NCBI GenBank assembly: GCA_951406725.2
Contig: OX597827.1
Coordinates: 42,780,001-42,844,000 of the forward strand
Direction of reading: 5' to 3'
Source of the DNA: Octopus vulgaris
Lineage: Eukaryota
DNA length: 64,000 nt
Both the position numbers and the translations under genes were made by a program. Numbering within the stretch: position 1 is the first letter of the stretch; the number at the start of each line of letters is the position of its first letter. Shown piece by piece: positions 56,257 through 64,000 of this stretch. The notes under the pieces are model-generated. The model did not search any database and was not told the DNA's origin. It saw nothing but the letters and a program-made list of their open reading frames with translations.

Positions 56257-56518
56257 TGTATGTATGTATGTATGTATGTATGTATGTATGTATGTATGTA
56301 TGTATGTATGTATGTATGTATGTTTGTATGTATGTATGCATGCATGTATGTATGTATGTATGTATGTATGTATGTATGTATGTATGTATGTATGCATGTA
56401 TGTATGTATTTATGTAGGTATGTAGGTATGCATGTATGTATGTATGTATGTATGTATGTATGCATGCATGCATGCATGTATGTATGTATGTATGTATGTA
56501 TGTATGCATGTATGTATG

Positions 56519-56549
<31 letters not shown>

Positions 56550-56840
56550 GTATGTATGTATGTATGTATGTATGTATATATGTGTGTGTATGTATGTATG
56601 TATGTATGTATGTATGTATGTATGCATGTATGTATGTATGTATGTATGTGTGTATGTATGTATGTATGTTTGTGTGTATGTATGTATGTATACATGTATG
56701 CATGTATGCATGTATGTATGTATATAATATAATATAATATGAGAGAGAAAGAGAGGGAAGAAGAGAGAGATACACATGTAAGTGTGCATCTATGAATGTA
56801 TGCATAAACCTACATATATATATTTTAAAATATGTTTGTG

Positions 56841-56876
<36 letters not shown>

Positions 56877-56995
56877 CTAGTTTCAGCTCAGAGCTGCGGC
56901 CATGCTGATGCACCGCCGTATATATATATATTGATAAAAACGGTAAGATAACAAAAGAAAGAAAGAGACCTCGATATTATGTGAATAGAGGAATG

Positions 56996-57175
56996 TATCT
57001 GTAAATGTAATATGTGACAATTATTCGGTAGCCATGATAAAACTCCAAGTTCATTTTTCATAGCGTTTTCCGATGGCCGGATAACTGAAGAGATGGCGGC
57101 GTGGATTTCCACCTCGGCATCCGAAACTCGGAGTTTTATCATGGCTAACGAATAATTGTCACATATTACATTTAC

Positions 57176-57181
<6 letters not shown>
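56996..57181. repeat. ~51-bp inverted repeat whose right arm overlaps a hammerhead motif
   Basis: About 56996-57047 is the reverse complement of about 57130-57181, with one mismatch. Confidence 0.85.
57080..57140 (+). ncRNA. Type I hammerhead ribozyme motif
   Basis: GAUAA-CUGAAGA-GAUG...GUGGA UU UCCAC...CAUC-C-GAAA-CUCGGAG-UU-UUAUC. Stem I is 5 bp, stem II is long, stem III is the quasi-palindrome ACUCGGAGU, and the triplet is GUU. Confidence 0.7.
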
Positions 57182-57237
<56 letters not shown>

Positions 57238-57346
57238 AAGGTAATAAAGATTCACAAGTTACTACACAGAGTCCGGTGGAAAATTTGAAATTATACATTA
57301 ACATGACATACCAATACACATGAGAGCCACTGCCTGGTACTGCATC

Positions 57347-57385
<39 letters not shown>

Positions 57386-57388
57386 CAT

Positions 57389-57505
<117 letters not shown>

Positions 57506-57729
57506 TACAACAACAACAACAACAACAGCAACTAAGACCAGCAATATAGGGAGAGAGGTTTAGTCGATTACATCGACGCTCAGTGTTCAACTAGTACCTA
57601 TTTTATCGACCTGGAATGGATGAAAGGCAAAGTCAACCTCGACAGAATTTGAACTCGGAATGTTGGGACGAATCAACTGCCACTAAGCATTTTGCCAGGC
57701 GTGCTAACGATTCTGCCAGCTCGCCGCCT

Positions 57730-57789
<60 letters not shown>

Positions 57790-57805
57790 TAATAATAATA
57801 ATAAG

Positions 57806-58090
57806 AGGTAACTAGAATGTGGAATCTGAAAACAGAAACAATTCCTATCATAGTAGGTGTATTAGGCATGATAAAAAAATATTCAGACAAATACATAACA
57901 AAAACACCAGGGCTTACAAACACATATAACATACAGAAAATTGCACTACTAGGCACTGCACACATCCTACGCAGAACACTTTCCATACAATAACCATCAG
58001 AGCATCACAACAAATCACACCACATACCCAAGGCACACAGAGCTGCGCTCGGTAGTGAAGTGAAAGCACGCTATAAAAATAAAACTACTG
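57806..58090 (+). mobile_element. 3' end of an RLE-type LINE inserted in (AAT)n
   Basis: Translates as EVTRMWNLKTETIPIIVGVLGMIKK...IQKIALLGTAHILRRTLSIQ*, then a short 3' UTR. (AAT)n on both flanks. Confidence 0.85.
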
Positions 58091-58130
58091 AATAATAATA
58101 ATAATAATGATAATGATGATGATGATGATG

Positions 58131-58161
<31 letters not shown>

Positions 58162-58165
58162 CAAC

Positions 58166-58236
<71 letters not shown>

Positions 58237-58247
58237 TGATGATGATG

Positions 58248-58316
<69 letters not shown>

Positions 58317-58719
58317 GTAACAAAACAACAACAAAAACAACGACTATGGTTTCAAACTTTGGCGTAAGGTCAGCAATTTCAGAAGAAAGGAGCTAATCGA
58401 TTACACCACGAAAAGACAAATAGCAAAACTGGCTTCAATTGGATTTGAACGCAAGACTTAAAGATTCGTAACTAAATACCACAAGACAGCAGCACCAACA
58501 ACACCAGGAGGAGGGGAGGAGAAAGAGGAGGAGGACGACAACGACGATAAAGAGGAGGAGGGCGCCGATAAAGAGGAGGCGGAGGAGGAGGAAGGGGGAG
58601 GGGGAGGACAGGAGGAGAGGAGGAGTGGGTCAGTGACATGCATTCATGCACCAGAAGATATGCGAGAGTTACAAGTGCAAGACAAAACAAGTGAGAAAAT
58701 AGATCGATGGAAAGTGGAA

Positions 58720-58990
58720 GAAGGTCATTGACAGTAACGATGTCACCACCCTGTGGGTCAACCCATATGAGGACGATGACACCGCTGACACACTTACAGA
58801 GATAGAGTGAGATAAAAGGCCGACAGAACTTTTATTATTAACAAGGACGTGCATACTTATCGATATTGCAATACCATCTGATTAGAAGCACCGCTGTCAA
58901 TGACACAGACAGAAGACGACCAAGTACAGCGACCTGGAGAACGAAAGCCGCAGGATTATGGAGTATGAAAATCGAAATACCGATACGAGA
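58720..58990 (+). mobile_element. Very decayed RLE LINE fragment
   Basis: Fragments NDVTTLW, TCILIDIAIPSD and KYSDLE. Confidence 0.5.
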
Positions 58991-59314
58991 TGGCGTAAAA
59001 GACGTGCTCGAAGGATACAGATAGTTCCTGAGTCATATGCATTCATAAAAACAGTTTCTCGGTTTCCGTAGCGTATATATATATATGTATTCTTTTATTC
59101 TTTTATTTGACTGCGGCCACGCTGGAGCACCGCCTTTAGTCGAGCAAATCGACCCCCAGGACTTATTCTTTGTAAGCCTAGAACTTATTCTATCGGTCTC
59201 TCTTGCCGAACCGCTAGGTAACGGGGACGTAAACACACCAGCATCGGTTGTCAAGCGACGTTGGGGGGACAAACACAGACATACAAAGATATACATACAT
59301 ATATATATATGTAT

Positions 59315-59454
<140 letters not shown>

Positions 59455-59742
59455 TTTATATATTCTTTTATTTGTTTCAATCATTTGACTGCGGGCCAGT
59501 GTGGAGCACCGCCTTTAGTCGAGCAAATCGACCCCAGGACTTATTCTTTATAAGCCTAGTACTTATTTTATTGGTCTTTTTGCCGAACCGCTAGGTCACA
59601 AGGACATAAACACACCAATATCGGTTGTCAAGCGATGGTGGGAGTACAAATAGATAAACAAACACACGCACAAACATACACACACATATACACACACGCA
59701 CACGCACACATACGCATACACACACGCACACAGACACACACA

Positions 59743-59801
<59 letters not shown>

Positions 59802-60410
59802 TGAATCCAAACAAAGAAGAACAAACAAACAAAATAACAACGCGAGAACGTGGTACAAGTACTGTATTATCAGGCACTCAGGAAAGGAAAGACAGAGGAT
59901 TTTATGTTTCGAGTAAAGCTCTTCTTCAGAAATAAAGGCTAGTCCGAAAGAAGAGAAGATGGAGAAAATGGATGCGTGGCATTCTATCATATAATAATAT
60001 AAATAATATATATATATATATATATCACGCATCCATATATATATTTATATATATATATTATATATACATATATACATACGTATATGTACATACATACGTA
60101 TATATGTACGTATCTACATATATGTAAGTATCTACATATATATATATGTATATATGTAAGTATCTACATATATATATATATATGGGCTTCTTTCAGTTTC
60201 TGTCTACCAAATCCACTCACAAGGCTTTGGTCGGCCCGAGGTTATAGTAGAAGACACTTGCCCAAGGTATCACGCAGTGGGACTGAACCCAGAACCATGT
60301 GGTTGCTAAGCAAGCTACTTACCACACAGCTACTCCTATGCCTATATATGTTTGAATAGAATATTTATGAGGCCAACACAAAAGTACTCAATCTCACGAG
60401 AGTCTGTTAA

Positions 60411-60562
60411 TAATAGAATTCATATTTTCTGATCTGTATCTGCTACCATTGGGTTTCACGCTTACATGTGTACGATCTTCAGTCATTCGCCTGAGAATCG
60501 TATACACGTGAGCGTGAAGCCAAATGGTAGCAGATACAGATCAGAAAATATGAATTCTATTA
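60411..60562. repeat. ~72-bp imperfect inverted repeat with 8-nt loop; arms carry hammerhead-like cores
   Basis: 60411-60482 pairs with 60491-60562. The minus arm reads CUGAAGA UCGU..GCGU GAAA CC CAAU GG UA. Confidence 0.7.
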
Positions 60563-61182
60563 CTATATATCTGCCCGAAACAGTAAGGTCTTCTGGTAAC
60601 TTGACTGAGGAAAGAAGGCCACGAATGACTCGTCTTTATTTGCCTGTCCTTCTAATTGTTGTTTCTCCTGTCCGCCTTTTTATCGTCTATCTGTCCGAAT
60701 GTTTTATTGTTCTCTATTGCGTTTTTATTCCATTTTTTATATTTATATATAGATATTTTTTTATTACCCACAAGGGGCTAAACACAGAGAGGACAAACAA
60801 GGACAGACAAACGGATTAAGTCGATTCAGACGAAATACGGCAACGCATTTCGCCCGGCGTGCTAACATTTCTGCCATTTCGCCGCCTTATTTATATATAC
60901 ATATAGCGGCGTACTTACACACTTGTGCTCACCTTATAGTAGGTATGTATCTAAATTTTGTACGACTCTTTTACTCCATCTTTTAGACCCAACTTTACAT
61001 ATCGGATCCGGGGTAACATTTCGAGACATTTTTGGAGGAAAAGTTGATCTTATATACCATCTAGTATGGTAATAATTGCAGTGGTCAATTCCGAGCGCTG
61101 GGGCTCTTGAAGAAAGAGATTGAAAATGCTCCCCAAGTATATTCCAGGCAAGACCAGATTAAAACCTATAAATGCCCTAATT

Positions 61183-61405
61183 CAGTGGTTCCCCAACCTT
61201 GTCACAGTGATTTCCAGCAGTGGTTCCGAACCCTTTTATTTAAATGAGCTTTCCCACGGACCCCTTTTGATATACTTATCCTCATGTGTGTGCGCGCGCG
61301 CGCGTGTATGTGTGTGTGTGTGAAATTTTGAATTCAGTTCACGGACCCACAATACCACTTTTACAGACCACCAGCAATCCGCGGACCCCAGGTTGGGAAC
61401 CATTG
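61183..61405. mobile_element. hAT (Charlie-like) MITE
   Basis: Termini CAGTGGTTCCCCAACCT ... AGGTTGGGAACCATTG, with target-site duplication CCCTAATT/CCCTAAAT. Confidence 0.75.
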
Positions 61406-62727
61406 CCCTAAATACTTAAAAGATTTTGGTGCCCCCATATATAAATATATGTAATTGAAAATACAAACAATAATAAACCATAAAACAAATTACTTTTCAA
61501 AGTGAAACAAAACCAACGGTAAGTTGGAAAATGTTTATTTTTGCATACTTCCACTTTATATTTGAGAAGTTTTCTCTTACCGTTTTAATTGCAAAGTCTT
61601 TGATCAGATTCTCAAAATTTATTTTATGTAACGCAACCGCCTCTCTACTTCAAAGAATCCCGAATATCATTTTAGCAAGTTTAAAGTGATTTCTTTTCTA
61701 CCGTATGTCATTTACCTATTTCTTTATTACCCACAAGGGGCTAAACACAGAGGGAACAAACAAGGACAGACATAGGTATTAAGTCGATTACATCGACCCC
61801 AGTGCGTAACTGGTACTTAATTTATCGACCCCGAAAGGATGAAAGGCAAAGTCGAACTCGGCGGAATTTGAACTCACAACGTAACGCAGACGAAATACCG
61901 CTAAGCATTTCGCCCGGCGTGCTAACGTTTCTGCCAGCTCGCCGTATGCCATTTACCATTTCTGTGATGCCCACCCCTCTTCCCTTCATGCCCTAAGCAC
62001 GTGTTTATTTTGCTTAATAGTTAATCCAACGCTGCCAGGTCAGAGATTTCTGGAAATTATCCATAGATGCTGGCCCCCAATTCCTCCGAAACAGGCGAAA
62101 CAACTGCTTATCGTCCAAGTGTAATAGATCTACCTGGAATCGCACAGGTTTGTGCGTCTCCGACGACAATACAGACAAACATCAACCCTAAGGGCGAGAA
62201 TCTTCATCGGGATCTTTAAAATACTGTTGAGCAGCGTTTGGGCCTGAAGTTTGCAATTATGTCCATTTATTATCGGATCTTTTCTGTAGAACGTCACTAG
62301 CTTTTTTGACTGGGAACAGCCCGCAAGCAACTGCTGAGACAGGGCCGAAGAAGTTGGGCATCTGGAAATATCACTCATAGAGCAAGCATTCCCTTACTAA
62401 TGATTAACGGCCCACAAAATGGACCAGCAAACTCTTTACTCCATTATCTGAATTCAGCTTTTCACAGCTCTCAGTTGTCCTAAAAGGCATCCAAGTCTGT
62501 TATCTGCCGTTAGCTTTTCATCGAGAACAGATTGACGAAGAGCTTGCAGTAAAACCGTACTCATCTGTTTGGAATTGATGAGGACACAACAGTACCGGGG
62601 ATGGTTAATACTTAGTTATCAAAACCTTGCTGTTAGGCTACGACCGAAATTTGAGAGCTCAACCACCGAGTCTCGCTAAAATTGCACATGTGACCTACTT
62701 TTCCTATGATTTATTCGAGGTCAAAGC

Positions 62728-62910
62728 TTCTCTCTCTCTCTCTATCTCTCCTTTTGTTTTTGGTTCTTTATCTCTCTCTGTCTCACTGTCTCCCCTCCTT
62801 CTCCCTCATTCTCTGTCTGTCTCACTATCTCATTCCCACTCTCTCTTTCTCTCTCTTTTCCTCTCACTGCCTCTCTCTCTTTCTCTTACTCTCTGCTTTC
62901 CCGTCTCTCA

Positions 62911-62960
<50 letters not shown>

Positions 62961-63047
62961 GACTGTTCGTATGACTCTCTCACTCGCATACCATCTCACT
63001 CTTGCTCTCTCTCTCTCTCCTTCTCTCTGTTTATCTCTCCTTTACTC

Positions 63048-63093
<46 letters not shown>

Positions 63094-63320
63094 TTCCACC
63101 CTCCTTCTTTCTCTGTTTCTGCCTCTGTCTGTCTGTCTGTCTCTCTCTCTCAATCTTTCCGTGTCTGTCTGTCTGTCTGTTTGTCCCTCTCACTATCTCA
63201 CCCCCTCTATTTCTCTATTTGATCTCTCTCTCCTTCTCTCTGTTTCTCCGTCCTTTTCTCTGTTTCTCTCTCTCTTTCACACTTTCTCTGTCGCCCCCTC
63301 TTTCTTTCTCTGTTTTTGCC

Positions 63321-63377
<57 letters not shown>

Positions 63378-63514
63378 CAGTCTTTCAGTGTCTGCCTGCC
63401 CCTCTCACTATCTCATCCCCCTCTATTTCTCTATTTGATCTCTCTCTCCTTTTCTCTGTTTCTCTCTCTCTCTAACTTTCTCTGTCCCACCCTCTTTCTT
63501 TCTCTGTTTTTGCC

Positions 63515-63573
<59 letters not shown>

Positions 63574-63691
63574 CTCTCTCTCTGTGTCTCTCTCTCTGTC
63601 TCTCTGTCTCTCTGTCTCTCTCTGTCTCTCTCTCTCTCTCTGTCTCTCTGTCTCTCTCTCTCTCTCAATCTTTCCGTGTCTGTCTGTCTGA

Positions 63692-63745
<54 letters not shown>
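62728..63745. repeat. CT-rich low-complexity tract with internal higher-order duplications
   Basis: (CT)n/(CTGT)n with recurring blocks such as CCTCTCACTATCTCA and CTATTTCTCTATTTGATC. Confidence 0.9.
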
Positions 63746-63746
<1 letters not shown>

Positions 63747-64000
63747 AATGCCCTTCTGTCTCATCCAGCGTTCCATTGCCATCATCATCCAGGACAAAAG
63801 CACTCTACCCCAGATATCATCATTGTCGTTGTTGTTGTTGCTGTTGATGATGTAAATCTGGTTATGACCAAAGTGTACCAACCATGACCACTCAATATAT
63901 CCAGGACTGCATTAAACGATCTTCTTAGCTGTTTTGTCCCCAGGTCGCTTTAAGTAGGCTTGTGGCCAAAGATTTTCCCTCCGTGACCATCTCATCATAT

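Noticed and set aside
62040-62700. Unique-looking stretch with short ORFs
   Set aside because: No identifiable motif. Probably an old transposon remnant but unassignable by eye.

Overview
Eukaryotic, microsatellite-saturated non-coding DNA. The SINE repertoire and (TA)n/(TACA)n/(AAT)n density strongly resemble an Octopus genome (inferred from the repeats, not tested). No intact protein-coding gene is visible, and almost all ORFs in the track are microsatellite artefacts. Recognisable elements are a decayed Helitron Rep, two mariner relics, RTE LINE 3' ends, several RLE-type (R4/Dong-like) LINE fragments sitting in (AAT)n tracts, a Penelope-like RT relic, hAT and Tc1/mariner MITEs, and dozens of tRNA-derived SINEs. 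The strongest unexpected signal is about 16 type-I hammerhead-ribozyme-like motifs (CUGANGA...GAAA...UH) from several distinct short repeat families. Many are arranged as inverted pairs, and one is fused behind a tRNA-type SINE head, suggesting a Penelope-linked ribozyme/retrozyme-like system. Unique islands between microsatellites also hold strand-biased RNA hairpins and possible minus-strand microexons, so the window may lie inside the introns of a large gene (unproven).
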